Counted from the first letter of the stretch, positions 10,225 to 20,224 are shown. The stretch: DNA of 64,000 nucleotides from an uncultured Clostridia bacterium (GCA_934177725.1 CAKPPO010000008.1:1189-65188); one strand, 5' to 3'. Notes: generated by a model not told the origin, from the sequence alone. Numbers and translations are program-made.

Positions 10225-11232
10225 TTAATATAAATAATTTTGTGGGTTTTGTGCCACTCCATTTACTCTTATTTCTAAGTGTAAGTGGTTTCCATATGAA
10301 TTTCCTGTGTTTCCAACATATGCTATAACTTGACCTTGAGATACTGTTTGACCTGCACTTACATTTAAGCTATTGCAGTGTCCATATAAAGTTTGAACTC
10401 CATTTCCGTGTGAAATCATAACATAATTTCCATAACCGCCACTGTATCCATATTGTGCAACTGTAACTGTTCCTGATGCTGCAGCTTTTATTGGTGTTCC
10501 TTTGGCTGCTCCTATATCTAAGCCTTTGTGACTTCTACCCCATCTAGCACCAAATCTTGATGTAACTGTTCCTGAAACAGGTCTTATTAGAGAAATTCCT
10601 AAGTTTATTTTTTGACTAGATGTATTTACTCCTGTTGCTGCTACTGCATATGATGCCTTTTTTACTACCTTTTTAACATATAAGTCTGCAACACATGTTT
10701 CTACATCTGTAAATTCTTTTAATTCTGTTTCATATTTTTCATTAATTGATAGTTTATCTTTATTATTACTATTTTTTTCTTTTAGTTCATTTACTACTGC
10801 TTCTGCTTCTTCAAATGTAGATACATATGCCTTTTCTTCGTCATCTACACTTATTGCATAGTATTTGTAATATGGTTTACCTTGATCAATTATTTTATTG
10901 AATATTTCTTCATCATTATATGAAACATCTCTTTTTAAGAAACAAAGTTTATATTCTGGCAATTCATTTATTTCTACGAATGCTATATTGTTTCCATTAC
11001 CTTTTTCTATGTATTCATTTATTCTTTCTTGTAATTTACTTTTATTTTCACTATATCCAATAAACTCTCCATTTAGTGTTACACTATATGTTGGTTTATA
11101 AATATAAGTTATTGCCCCTATCATTAAAAAAGCTGCAAGTGTTATTAATATAGTAAATTTTGTCCATGTACGCAAATGTACAATAGTTTTCTTTATCTTA
11201 TTAATTTTAAAACAACTCCTATCTTTTTTCAT
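10225..11232 (-). CDS. M23 family metallopeptidase (LytM-like)
   Basis: HKGLDIGA and HLHLEI motifs with an N-terminal TM segment. The start is taken at the ATG at 11232. The longer GTG-initiated extension has no RBS and contains an in-frame CGG. Confidence 0.8.
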   Translation of the reverse strand: MKKDRSCFKINKIKKTIVHLRTWTKFTILITLAAFLMIGAITYIYKPTYSVTLNGEFIGYSENKSKLQERINEYIEKGNGNNIAFVEINELPEYKLCFLKRDVSYNDEEIFNKIIDQGKPYYKYYAISVDDEEKAYVSTFEEAEAVVNELKEKNSNNKDKLSINEKYETELKEFTDVETCVADLYVKKVVKKASYAVAATGVNTSSQKINLGISLIRPVSGTVTSRFGARWGRSHKGLDIGAAKGTPIKAAASGTVTVAQYGYSGGYGNYVMISHGNGVQTLYGHCNSLNVSAGQTVSQGQVIAYVGNTGNSYGNHLHLEIRVNGVAQNPQNYLY

Positions 11233-11364
11233 AATCCGATAGGTTAATTTTATATTATTTAGCACTTTTTAACAAATTTTATATAGGGTTATTTTTTACG
11301 TTTTTTGCTATTTCCGTAGAATTATCTCTGTTTTTTTCTGCTATTCTCACTTTTTCTTGCATAT

Positions 11365-11402
11365 AAAAGCCACAAAATATTATGCAATATTTTGTGGCTT
11401 TT
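11365..11402 (-). terminator. intrinsic terminator downstream of the CotF-like gene
   Basis: AAAAGCCACAAAATATT-atgc-AATATTTTGTGGCTTTT. Confidence 0.7.
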
Positions 11403-11413
11403 ACTTAAGTATT

Positions 11414-11659
11414 TTATTGTTGTAATTCATTTTTCACATTTTGAATTTCATTCATACTCGCAGGTGCAGCTGGTTTATAATAACCTTTTATTTGTGCAAC
11501 CTTGAATAATTCATATTGGAAACTTTCGTCATTATTACGAATTTGTTGAATTGTTTGTCTTAACTGCATATTTTCTGTTTCTGTTATAACTCCTTGATAT
11601 GTTGTAAGGCTTGATTTTACCCCATCTAATATATCATTTACCATTGTTTTTTCGTCCAC
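11414..11659 (-). CDS. CotF-family spore coat protein
   Basis: Coat F-like sequence (..LTTYQGVITETENMQLRQTIQQIRNNDESFQYELFKVAQIKGYY). AAGGAG RBS precedes a GTG at 11659; an ATG at 11644 is an alternative start. Confidence 0.6.
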   Translation of the reverse strand: MDEKTMVNDILDGVKSSLTTYQGVITETENMQLRQTIQQIRNNDESFQYELFKVAQIKGYYKPAAPASMNEIQNVKNELQQ

Positions 11660-11677
11660 TTTATTGTTCTCCTTTCT

Positions 11678-11760
11678 CAATTAGGGCCTGTCCCTAATTG
11701 TTACCTTTTCCCAGTTAGGGAATGTCTCTAATTGCTACTTTTTCACAATTTGTGACATTT
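11678..11760. repeat. tandem REP-like hairpins (CAATTAGGG-cctgt-CCCTAATTG; CAGTTAGGGaatgtCTCTAATTG; CACAAATTTGTG-type)
   Basis: Palindromes read directly in the intergenic gap between the two coat genes. The CAATTAGGGAC motif recurs at 34288..34310. Confidence 0.6.
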
Positions 11761-11771
11761 CCAAAATTATT

Positions 11772-11960
11772 TTAATCATTTAAAAATGACATTAATTTTT
11801 GTTTTGCATTTAAAGAGTCTTGTGCTGATTTTGTAAATATTTGCTTTATTTGTGGATCTACTGCTTGTGAAGCATATGTGTTTAGTTTTTGATATGTTGT
11901 CTCATGTGCTCCTATTAGATGTCTTAAATTTTGTAATTCTACTTGTGATAAGTTTGCCAT
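11772..11960 (-). CDS. small spore-coat-associated protein (CotF-like partner)
   Basis: 62-aa helical protein (..LRHLIGAHETTYQKLNTYASQAVDPQIKQIF..), adjacent to the CotF-like gene as in other Clostridia/Bacilli. Confidence 0.5.
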   Translation of the reverse strand: MANLSQVELQNLRHLIGAHETTYQKLNTYASQAVDPQIKQIFTKSAQDSLNAKQKLMSFLND

Positions 11961-12129
11961 TTTTATCCTCCTTTTCTTTTCATAGATATTTTTATTATTT
12001 ACTTGTTTTTTTATTTTTATTCAAAGTTTCTTACAATATAAAAATAGAAATTTCCTATAATATAAAAAAGTCCTCCTTTAAAGAGAACTTTTTTATTTTG
12101 AATGTCTTTTTATTTCAATTATACAAATT

Positions 12130-12693
12130 TTAATTTTGTAATAGTATTTTTTCTATGTCTTTCCATCCATTTACACGAATTGCACCTTTTTGCTTTAATT
12201 CTTCATTTGTTATATCTTTATTGTGATATGCATCAAATAGTAATTTTGTTTCCGCATTTCCTTCTAAATTTGAAAGTTTATCATCTATTTTTATTTCGCA
12301 GTTTATTATTTCTTTATTTGATGTAAATATGTAATTTTGTGGTGGTATAAATGGTAAGTTATCATATAAATATATAAATTTATTTTTTAAATTATTTGCT
12401 GAATATTCTTCATTATCTCTGAAAATATATGCTGTTACTACATATAATTCATATTCTTTAGACAATTTTTCCATAACTTCGTAGGCATTTAATAACATTT
12501 CACAATAATCATATACATTTTTCGTATTAAAAAATTCTGACCATTCTTTATATCTCTCTTTTGGAATTAAATCTTGTATGTAATATGTCTTTATATCTTC
12601 TTTTTGATAACTTGTACCTAAAAATTGATTTACTAAACTTAAGAACCCTCCATCACATATTACATCATCCATGTCTATCATTATTTTTTTCAT
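12130..12693 (-). CDS. HAD-family 5'(3')-deoxyribonucleotidase-like protein
   Basis: N-terminal DMDDV (DxDxV) motif. Length and pattern match the NT5C/YorS family. Confidence 0.6.
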   Translation of the reverse strand: MKKIMIDMDDVICDGGFLSLVNQFLGTSYQKEDIKTYYIQDLIPKERYKEWSEFFNTKNVYDYCEMLLNAYEVMEKLSKEYELYVVTAYIFRDNEEYSANNLKNKFIYLYDNLPFIPPQNYIFTSNKEIINCEIKIDDKLSNLEGNAETKLLFDAYHNKDITNEELKQKGAIRVNGWKDIEKILLQN

Positions 12694-12747
12694 AGTTTAC
12701 TCCTGTTTTCTATTCCATATATTTTTTATATTAACGTTATCTGACTT

Positions 12748-15078
12748 TTATCCTATTATTTCTAAACCGGCATATTTTGCCATTAAGCGTTTATGTCCTG
12801 CTTTGTCAAAGTTGATGTCTACTTTTGCATCTTCGCCTTCTTGTTCTATAGAATTTATAGTTCCTTCGCCAAATTTCTTATGGTATACTCTCATTCCTGA
12901 TTGATATTTTGAAATGTCTACATCTTGTTTTGGTTTGTTTAAAGAATTTAGGAAACTTTCTGCAGTTCTAAACGCAAAACCGGAATTGTTATCCACTTTT
13001 TGTGCTTTAGGTGTGGATATGCTTCCTGCAACATTGTATGTTTTTGCATCTGTTTCATTAAATTTATATGTTTTTACTTTTCCAGCGTAATTTGTTCCAT
13101 ATGCCCAGCCATAGTTTGAATCTTCAAATGTCTCTTCCCTATTTCCGTTTATCTCACTATATCCCTCTAGTAATTCTTCTGGAATTTCTTTAACAAAGCG
13201 AGATATTGCATTGTAACTTGTTGAGCCAAATATTGTTCTGTGTTTAGCACATGTTAAATATAAGTATTGTTTTGCTCTTGTAATTCCTACATAGAATAAA
13301 CGTCTTTCTTCTTCTAATTCTTTTGGCTCTCCTATTGATTTGTAACCTGGGAATATTCCTTCTTCCATTCCTACTAGAAATACAACCGGAAACTCTAGAC
13401 CTTTTGCACTATGAAGCGTCATTAATGTAACACTTTCGTCTGTCTCTTGTAAGTTATCTACATCACTAGATAATGTGATACTTTCTAGGAATTCATTTAA
13501 TGAATTTTCTGCATATTCTTCTTCGAATTCCATTGCTACTGTTAATAACTCGTCCAAGTTTTGAATTCTACTTTCTGCTTCTACTGTATTTTCTAATTCT
13601 AAAGCTTTTGTGTAGCCACTTTTGTTTAATACCATTTTTATTAATTCTGATATTTGTGTTTCATCTTTCTTGCTTTTTAATTCTTCTATTAGTTCTATAA
13701 ATTCTCTTGAATTTACAAATACTCTATTTAATCCATACTTATCTGCATGTTTTATTACCTCATACATTGAGTTTCCTGTCTGGTAACTAATTTCTTCAAC
13801 GTTGTCTAAACTTGTTTTTCCTATTCCACGTTTTGGCTCATTTATAATTCTTTTTAGAGATATATTATCTGATTGATTTGCAATTAAACGCAAATATGCA
13901 ATTGTATCTTTTATTTCTTTTCTTTCATAGAATTTTAGCCCACCTACTACTTTGTATGGTATATCTTCTCTTAATAAAATATCTTCTATTGCTCTTGATT
14001 GTGAGTTCATTCTATATAGAATTGAGAAGTCTGAATATTTAAAATACTCCTCTGTTTTTAAATAATTTATTTGTTCAACTATGTATCTCGCTTCGTCATA
14101 TTCGTCGTCGCCTTGATAAATTGCTGGTAACTTTCCTTCTTCATTTTCTGTCCATAGTTTTTTCTCATATTTTGTTTCATTATTTTTTATTACATAATTT
14201 GCTGCTTTTAAAATATTTCCTGTGCAACGATAGTTTTGCTCTAATTTAATTATTTTTGTTCCTGGAAAGTCTTTTTCAAAGTTTAATATATTAGAAATAT
14301 CTGCTCCACGGAAGCTATAGATTCCTTGGTCATTGTCCCCTACAACTGTAATGTTTCCATATCTTGAGGCTAAAATTGTTACTAATGTAAATTGAGCTTT
14401 GTTTGTATCTTGGTATTCGTCTACTAATACATATTTGAATTTCTCTGTATAATATTCTAGTGCATCTGGATTTTCTGTTAATATTTTTATTGTATAATTT
14501 ATTATATCATCAAAATCTATTGCATTATTTTCTTTTAAACGTTTTTGATATAGAGTATATATTTCTCCTATTTTTGCTTTTCTAAAGTCTGCTTGATATT
14601 TAACGCAGTATTGCGTAGGTTCTAACATTTCGTTTTTTGCATTGCTTATTTCTGATAAAACGCTTCTGTCCGTAAATATTTTATCGTCTATATTTAATGC
14701 TTTTAAACATTCTTTTACTAATGTTCTTTGATCTTGAGTATCAAATATTAGAAATGATGAATCGAAACCTATTCTGTCTATATATTTTCTTAAAATACGC
14801 ACGCAAATAGAGTGGAATGTTCCCATCCATATATCTTTTGCAACTTCTCCTACTAGTCCTTCTATTCTTTCTTTCATTTCGTTAGCTGCTTTATTTGTAA
14901 ATGTTATTGCTAGTATATTCCATGGTGCTATGTTCTTTTCGGCTATTAAGTATGCTATTTTGTGTGTTAATACCTTTGTTTTACCACTTCCTGCACCTGC
15001 TATTACCAAACATGGTCCTTCTGTTTCTAACACCGCTTCTTTTTGTTTATTGTTTAATCCTTCTATTAACTCTTGCAT
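12748..15078 (-). CDS. pcrA: ATP-dependent DNA helicase PcrA (UvrD family)
   Basis: AGAGSGKT, DEYQDTN and the remaining SF1 motifs. Start taken at the ATG (MQELIEGLNNKQKEAV) with GGAG upstream. Confidence 0.9.
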   Translation of the reverse strand: MQELIEGLNNKQKEAVLETEGPCLVIAGAGSGKTKVLTHKIAYLIAEKNIAPWNILAITFTNKAANEMKERIEGLVGEVAKDIWMGTFHSICVRILRKYIDRIGFDSSFLIFDTQDQRTLVKECLKALNIDDKIFTDRSVLSEISNAKNEMLEPTQYCVKYQADFRKAKIGEIYTLYQKRLKENNAIDFDDIINYTIKILTENPDALEYYTEKFKYVLVDEYQDTNKAQFTLVTILASRYGNITVVGDNDQGIYSFRGADISNILNFEKDFPGTKIIKLEQNYRCTGNILKAANYVIKNNETKYEKKLWTENEEGKLPAIYQGDDEYDEARYIVEQINYLKTEEYFKYSDFSILYRMNSQSRAIEDILLREDIPYKVVGGLKFYERKEIKDTIAYLRLIANQSDNISLKRIINEPKRGIGKTSLDNVEEISYQTGNSMYEVIKHADKYGLNRVFVNSREFIELIEELKSKKDETQISELIKMVLNKSGYTKALELENTVEAESRIQNLDELLTVAMEFEEEYAENSLNEFLESITLSSDVDNLQETDESVTLMTLHSAKGLEFPVVFLVGMEEGIFPGYKSIGEPKELEEERRLFYVGITRAKQYLYLTCAKHRTIFGSTSYNAISRFVKEIPEELLEGYSEINGNREETFEDSNYGWAYGTNYAGKVKTYKFNETDAKTYNVAGSISTPKAQKVDNNSGFAFRTAESFLNSLNKPKQDVDISKYQSGMRVYHKKFGEGTINSIEQEGEDAKVDINFDKAGHKRLMAKYAGLEIIG

Positions 15079-15098
15079 TTTTGTTTCTCCATTCCTTA

Positions 15099-15127
15099 TT
15101 GACATATTTAACATTTTTGTTTATAAT
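15099..15127 (+). promoter_or_regulatory. consensus sigma-A promoter TTGACA-N17-TATAAT on the plus strand
   Basis: TTGACA at 15099..15104 and TATAAT at 15122..15127, with exactly 17 nt between them. Lies antisense to the pcrA upstream/5' region (just upstream of the 15078 start used here). Confidence 0.5.
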
Positions 15128-15133
15128 ATATTT

Positions 15134-15216
15134 AGAAAATGAGAAACCACAAACGTGGTTGCCTAAGATATGTTTTAACAACACATTGCTCGGGAAAGCT
15201 AGATGTGTTGTTTTTT
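15134..15216 (+). ncRNA. predicted small RNA, convergent with the 39-aa hydrophobic ORF
   Basis: Bounded by the consensus promoter and a plus-oriented terminator (AACAACACAT..ATGTGTTGTT followed by T6). Contains the hairpin AACCACAAACGTGGTT and has no ORF. Confidence 0.4.
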
Positions 15217-15221
15217 ATTGG

Positions 15222-15341
15222 TTATTTGCTTTTGCTCAAAATAATAACTAGTGCTATTATCAAGGCTATGGCAATGATAGTTATAAATATTAAAGAATAA
15301 AATAATATGTATATTATGCTCACTAATACTGATTCTATCAT
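15222..15341 (-). CDS. 39-aa hydrophobic peptide (type I toxin-like small membrane protein)
   Basis: MIESVLVSIIYILFYSLIFITIIAIALIIALVIILSKSK with an AGGAGGTG RBS. The SD can pair with an upstream CCTCC. Too short to appear in the ORF track. Confidence 0.35.
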   Translation of the reverse strand: MIESVLVSIIYILFYSLIFITIIAIALIIALVIILSKSK

Positions 15342-15450
15342 AAGCCTCACCTCCTTTAATTGGAGGCAACCACATCTTTGCTTAATCTCATTTTCTATGT
15401 TATTTAGTCTATACTATTTTTTATATATTGTCTAGCGAACATTCAAAATT

Positions 15451-15918
15451 TTATAAAAAATTTGTTTGTATTTTTTCAATTATTTTTATTAAACACTTTT
15501 CTATTTCTTCCGCGCAATTTTGATATACATTCATGTCATATCCCCATGGATCTTTTATATCCATATCTTGTCCATTTTTATCTAACTCTGCATATTCCTT
15601 CATTGTAAATACTTTTTCTTTTAGTTCTGGGTACATATATAATACGCTTTGTTTATGAGATTCTGTAGCACATAAAATTATATCCATTTCTTTAATTTTA
15701 GATCTTCTTATATTTGTTGCTCTATGTCCTTCTATATTTACATCATAATATTTTGCCGCTTCCATAGCATTATAAGTTGCATAGTCACCATCTTCAGCAT
15801 ATATTCCACATGAACATATGTCCAAATCCAAATTATTATCTTTTGCTAGTTTTTTCATCATTCCTTCTGCCATTGCACTTCTACATATATTACCTGTACA
15901 TATAAACATTATTTTCAT
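15451..15918 (-). CDS. low-molecular-weight protein tyrosine/arginine phosphatase
   Basis: The CTGNICRS (CX5R-S) P-loop at the N-terminus and the 155-aa length are typical. Confidence 0.8.
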   Translation of the reverse strand: MKIMFICTGNICRSAMAEGMMKKLAKDNNLDLDICSCGIYAEDGDYATYNAMEAAKYYDVNIEGHRATNIRRSKIKEMDIILCATESHKQSVLYMYPELKEKVFTMKEYAELDKNGQDMDIKDPWGYDMNVYQNCAEEIEKCLIKIIEKIQTNFL

Positions 15919-16039
15919 ATCTTGTCCCTCTTCTTAACCATTTTTATATTATTATAATTGTTATACTAACTTTTGTCTATAATATATATAAGATTATTAA
16001 ATTTCATACCTTACAATGCCTTTTTATAAATTGTATGCT

Positions 16040-16136
16040 CCAAAAGGGACAGATTAACCAAAAGGATTTTTTAGTCGTTCGAGCTGAAAGCGAGTTACGA
16101 ATAAAATATGCAGAGGCAACGTCCCTAAAGGTAATT
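16040..16136. repeat. REP-like element: CCAAAAGGGACAGATTAACCAAAAGG .. 55-nt GC-richer core .. AACGTCCCTAAAGGTAATT
   Basis: The end modules are identical or near-identical to 37698..37741 and to the reverse complement of 59868..59916. The core resembles the centre of the 39961..40210 element. It abuts the stop codon of the ZIP transporter gene. Confidence 0.6.
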
Positions 16137-16878
16137 AGAGTGACATTGCGAGCATGCCTAGTAGGAAGCCGGCTATGTTTCCTATTGCTGTCATTCTTCC
16201 GTGATATAAGATATTTGATTCTGGTATTAGTTCGCCTGATACTATGTATAGCATTGCCCCTGCTGCAAAACTTAAACACATTGCTATTACTTCTTGTGAT
16301 ATTCCTCCAAGTATTGCTCCGAAAAATGCCCCTATTCCTGTTGTTATTCCTGATAATATTACATAGAAAATTACTTTTCCTTTTTTCATGCCCCCATTTT
16401 TCATAGGTACTGCCATGCTTATTCCTTCTGGTACATCATGCAGACATATTGCAATTGCTAGTGAATAACCTAATGTTAGTGATGCTCCAAAGCCTGAACC
16501 TATTGCCAAACCTTCTGGAAAGTTATGAAGTGCTAGACCTATGCTTACTATTATTCCTGTTTTTAATAAATTGCTTGTTGTATTTGTATTCATTTTACTT
16601 GTATTAAACTTTTTTTGTACTAATACGTCACATATTATCATTATTATTATTCCTGCAATAATTCCCATAAGTACACTGAAAATGTTTGCTATTTCCATTG
16701 CTTCTGGTATTAAATCAAAGCATATTATTGCTAGCATTAAGCCTGATGCAAATGCTAAAATAAAACTTAAAAATTTATTTGACTTTCTTTTGAAGCATAC
16801 TCCTATTATTCCTCCAATTGTTGTTCCAAATGTCCCAAAAAATAAGCCTATTAATGTTGTTTTTAATATCTCGCTCAA
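16135..16878 (-). CDS. zupT: ZIP family metal (zinc) transporter
   Basis: HNFPEGLAIG and HDVPEG motifs in a polytopic membrane protein. Confidence 0.75.
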   Translation of the reverse strand: MSEILKTTLIGLFFGTFGTTIGGIIGVCFKRKSNKFLSFILAFASGLMLAIICFDLIPEAMEIANIFSVLMGIIAGIIIMIICDVLVQKKFNTSKMNTNTTSNLLKTGIIVSIGLALHNFPEGLAIGSGFGASLTLGYSLAIAICLHDVPEGISMAVPMKNGGMKKGKVIFYVILSGITTGIGAFFGAILGGISQEVIAMCLSFAAGAMLYIVSGELIPESNILYHGRMTAIGNIAGFLLGMLAMSL

Positions 16879-17027
16879 ATTAAAACACTCCTTAAAATTA
16901 AACTTTTTATTAGTTTATTTTTAAGAAGTGTGATTTATTCGTTTTATGTTTTTATTTTAATCATATGTAAATATTGTAATATTACTTGCTTTCTTAAATT
17001 TATCATATATTTTAAGTTTTCTAATCT

Positions 17028-18038
17028 TTATCTTTCTTCATCTTCTTGAACCTTTATTTGTCCTTTTTTTATCATTTCCTCAAATCCTGGCGTACTTCTT
17101 ACATATCCTCTTAAATTACAATACATGCTTGGTTGCGTATCATATGTAAGTTTTCTTCCATAATGTTTTTCATACATACATTTACAAAATTCAAAATTTT
17201 CATTTCTCATTGCTATTGTATTTTCATTAAGTGATTTATTTTCTTGTGGAAATATTGGTTTACCCATATAAATTGTATATAAAGCTGAATTTTCTTTTTC
17301 AGTATGACCTACAAACATTGGAATAACAGGAACATTAGATTCTGTTGCCCATCTATATGCACCATATTTCATTGGCTTTGGTTTATGATAATTTTCCCAC
17401 ATTGCTTGTTCTGCACATACTAAAACAAGATTTCCATTGTCTAAAAGCTTTTTTAAACTATCCAAAAACATTCTCATAGTATCTTTATTTTGGCTTAATG
17501 GTAATGTTCTTCCATATTTAAAGTAATCAGCAATAGGTCCTTCTGGGAAATTGGTATAATTTCCTTCTCTAACAACCTTAAATAATTTTTTATCTATACC
17601 AACATTATGAATAGCTGTTTCTACAGCAAATGTATCCAACGGATTAAAGTGATTCATAGTAATTATCGCACCTTGACTTTGTTCCTTTAGTATATCAAGG
17701 TTGTCTGTACCTTCTATACCTTCTATCTTAAGTGTTCCATTTGATATGGTGTCTCTAATAAAATCTTCTGCCCATTTATTTACATTATAATATTTTTCTT
17801 GTTTTTCTGGTTTTTCTTTTAGGTAATCTAAGTCGGAATCATCTGGCATCAGAATTTTTGTTGGTGGATCTAAATTTACATCAACATCGAATACTCCAAT
17901 TGTCTCAAGATATTGTATTCTTTTTTCAACTGGTAAATTATAAAAACCTAAATTCTTTAAAAATTCAATTCTTTGTAATACAGTCAAGTTATAAAAAGAT
18001 TTTAATTTTTTTCTATTTATTTCCTTAAATGTTTTCAA
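17028..18038 (-). CDS. lysophospholipid/glycerolipid acyltransferase family protein
   Basis: NHFNPLD (HX4D) motif. 336 aa. Confidence 0.55.
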   Translation of the reverse strand: MKTFKEINRKKLKSFYNLTVLQRIEFLKNLGFYNLPVEKRIQYLETIGVFDVDVNLDPPTKILMPDDSDLDYLKEKPEKQEKYYNVNKWAEDFIRDTISNGTLKIEGIEGTDNLDILKEQSQGAIITMNHFNPLDTFAVETAIHNVGIDKKLFKVVREGNYTNFPEGPIADYFKYGRTLPLSQNKDTMRMFLDSLKKLLDNGNLVLVCAEQAMWENYHKPKPMKYGAYRWATESNVPVIPMFVGHTEKENSALYTIYMGKPIFPQENKSLNENTIAMRNENFEFCKCMYEKHYGRKLTYDTQPSMYCNLRGYVRSTPGFEEMIKKGQIKVQEDEER

Positions 18039-18296
18039 TTATAAGTTCTCCTTTCATTGATTTACATTTGTTTTTTATTTTTTTTAACATAAATTATTAT
18101 ATCATAAAAATAGCTTTTTTTCAAGATTTTGCCCCTCTTTATGCATATATGATAAGAATTATATTAAAAAAAGAGTTGTTTTGTATATAACCTAAATTTT
18201 TTAAGTTACTTACATAATTCAACTCTTTTTCTTTTTTAGTCTACTGACTTTAATGCTTCTAGCATATCTACATTTTTTAATTTGTTATTTACAACG

Positions 18297-18325
18297 AAAA
18301 AAATCCGCTATAGCGGATTTTTTTT
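18297..18325. terminator. palindromic terminator, copy 3 of 6 (core 18303..18318)
   Basis: AAAAAAATCCGCTATAGCGGATTTTTTTT, 5 nt after the stop of the surface protein gene. Confidence 0.8.
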
Positions 18326-18329
18326 ATTT

Positions 18330-19586
18330 CTATTTTATCATTTTTAATTTTTTATATTTTATATATGCAATTATAGTAGTTCCTATTAGTACCACTATCA
18401 TAATTGTTAATCCTATTCCTACTCCTGTTTGTGGTATTGTTCCTGTTGCTATCGTTTTATCTTCTTCTCCATTTGTTGATGTGTTGTTGTTTGTGCTACC
18501 ATTTGCATTTCCTTGGTTATTATTATTGTTGTTATTTGAAGCTGCTACAACTGTTACTGTACATGTTGCTTTTTTGTTTCCATCTTTGGATACAACTGTA
18601 ATAATTGTAGATCCTATTTTTTTAGGTGTTACTGTTCCATTATTATCTACTGTTGCTACACTTTCATCGCTAGAACTCCATGTAACTATTTTGTTTGTTG
18701 CTTTTTCTGGATTAAATGTTGGTGTTAATTTTAGTGTTTTTCCTAACTCAACTTTTTCTGTTCCTGGCAAAGATATACTTTCCAATGCTACGTCTGGTTG
18801 TAAGTTATCTACTAATATATAACCATATAAGTCTCTAGTATTCTCTCCTCCTTGAAAGTATAACCACATATAATATAAGCCACTATCTGGAACATTCACT
18901 GTTTTTTCTGTATAACCAAAACCTATCTTATTAGAACTTCCATATCCATTCCAATATCCCCAACTTTTCCAATTTGCTGTTGGTACTTTTGTTTTAAGTA
19001 ATGATGCTAATTCTAAATAATTACCATTTTTACTTTTTATTTCTTTATATTTATTTATCAATGTTTCATCTGTTATTTTTTCATATTGATAAAATGGTTT
19101 ACTATTTTTTGAATTCCAGTAATTTACATTTATGCATTCAGCCTCTTTTGTGCTAAATTGTTTTCCATTATTTATTACAGTATAATTGGTTACTTTTAGA
19201 AATGGTATAGATAAATCTACTTGAAAATGATCTAAAATAATACTATCTGTTGTTTTGTCTTTTATAGTTATATAACCTTTTTCAACAGCTGTTATTACAT
19301 CTGTAAATTTTACATTATCTCCTGTAATTTCAATGTTTGCTGTTGATTCTGTATAGTCTGTTATTAAATACCACTCTCCATCTTTAACTTGTGTTGCTGC
19401 TGTTTTTGTAAGTCCAAATTGATACTCGTGTCCTTTATCTAATGTTAGACCTGAAAAATAGAATTTTTGAGTTCCAGTAGTGTTAGGATCTTTTTCTACA
19501 CTTACTGCTGCATTTGCAATGTTAGGTATTAATACCATTGCTAGTGCTATAATAGATAATATCAATATTCTTTTTACTTTTGTCAT
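18330..19586 (-). CDS. cell-wall-anchored surface protein with Big_2 (Ig-like) domain
   Basis: GGAGGTG RBS and signal peptide MTKVKRILILSIIALAMVLIPNIANA. Big_2 segment LKLTPTFNPEKATNKIVTWSSSDESVATVDNNGTVTPKKIGSTIITV. Poly-Asn linker, then IPQTG plus TM segment plus KYKK sorting signal. Confidence 0.7.
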   Translation of the reverse strand: MTKVKRILILSIIALAMVLIPNIANAAVSVEKDPNTTGTQKFYFSGLTLDKGHEYQFGLTKTAATQVKDGEWYLITDYTESTANIEITGDNVKFTDVITAVEKGYITIKDKTTDSIILDHFQVDLSIPFLKVTNYTVINNGKQFSTKEAECINVNYWNSKNSKPFYQYEKITDETLINKYKEIKSKNGNYLELASLLKTKVPTANWKSWGYWNGYGSSNKIGFGYTEKTVNVPDSGLYYMWLYFQGGENTRDLYGYILVDNLQPDVALESISLPGTEKVELGKTLKLTPTFNPEKATNKIVTWSSSDESVATVDNNGTVTPKKIGSTIITVVSKDGNKKATCTVTVVAASNNNNNNNQGNANGSTNNNTSTNGEEDKTIATGTIPQTGVGIGLTIMIVVLIGTTIIAYIKYKKLKMIK

Positions 19587-19623
19587 TTTTTCACCTCCTT
19601 CATCTTCTGTATTATATTTTAAT

Positions 19624-19950
19624 TTATTGTTCATCAATTTTTTTACCAAATATAGACATTGCAAGTTTTCCTACTACTGGTAATTCTGGATCTTCTTCTT
19701 TGTTTGCTTTTACTATACCTATTATGACTAGTACAATATATAAGCCATATACTATTGTTGAGAAAAATGGAATATAGATAGGAATTATTCTGTATATTGC
19801 ATAAATAATCATATAACCTATACCTATAATTATTGCTTGAGCTGCATGTATTTTTGTATTTCTTTGGTTATCTTTCATACCATATAATACTATAAGCCCA
19901 CCTATCCAAGTAAATACATATGCTAAAATTGCTTTACCTTTTTCACTCAT
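19624..19950 (-). CDS. DUF4870-like small membrane protein
   Basis: 108 aa with 3 TM segments. The AILAYVFTWIGGLIVLYGMKDNQ..HAAQAI pattern fits the family. Confidence 0.5.
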   Translation of the reverse strand: MSEKGKAILAYVFTWIGGLIVLYGMKDNQRNTKIHAAQAIIIGIGYMIIYAIYRIIPIYIPFFSTIVYGLYIVLVIIGIVKANKEEDPELPVVGKLAMSIFGKKIDEQ

Positions 19951-20224
19951 CTTACCTTTTCTCCTTTCTAAAAAAATTGTATAAATAAATTCTTTTTTGT
20001 AGAATTCTGCAATTAATATATCATTTAAAAATATAAATGTAAATAGTTTTTCATATATTTATGTGTTTATATATTTATATATATTATGTCCTTTTATTTC
20101 TAAAATATATTGCAAAAGATTTATTATTAATTATCTAATAGAAGAAAATATTAATTGTATTAAATGTAAAGTATAATATCTGGTAAATAAAAAAATAGAG
20201 AGAATAAAAAATGAAAAAGCAAAG

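Noticed and set aside
16004-16406. ORFs 16004..16279 (-) and 16035..16406 (+).
   Set aside because: They run across the REP-like element and into, or antisense to, the ZIP transporter gene. They have no RBS and an Arg/Leu-rich composition caused by the GC-rich repeat.
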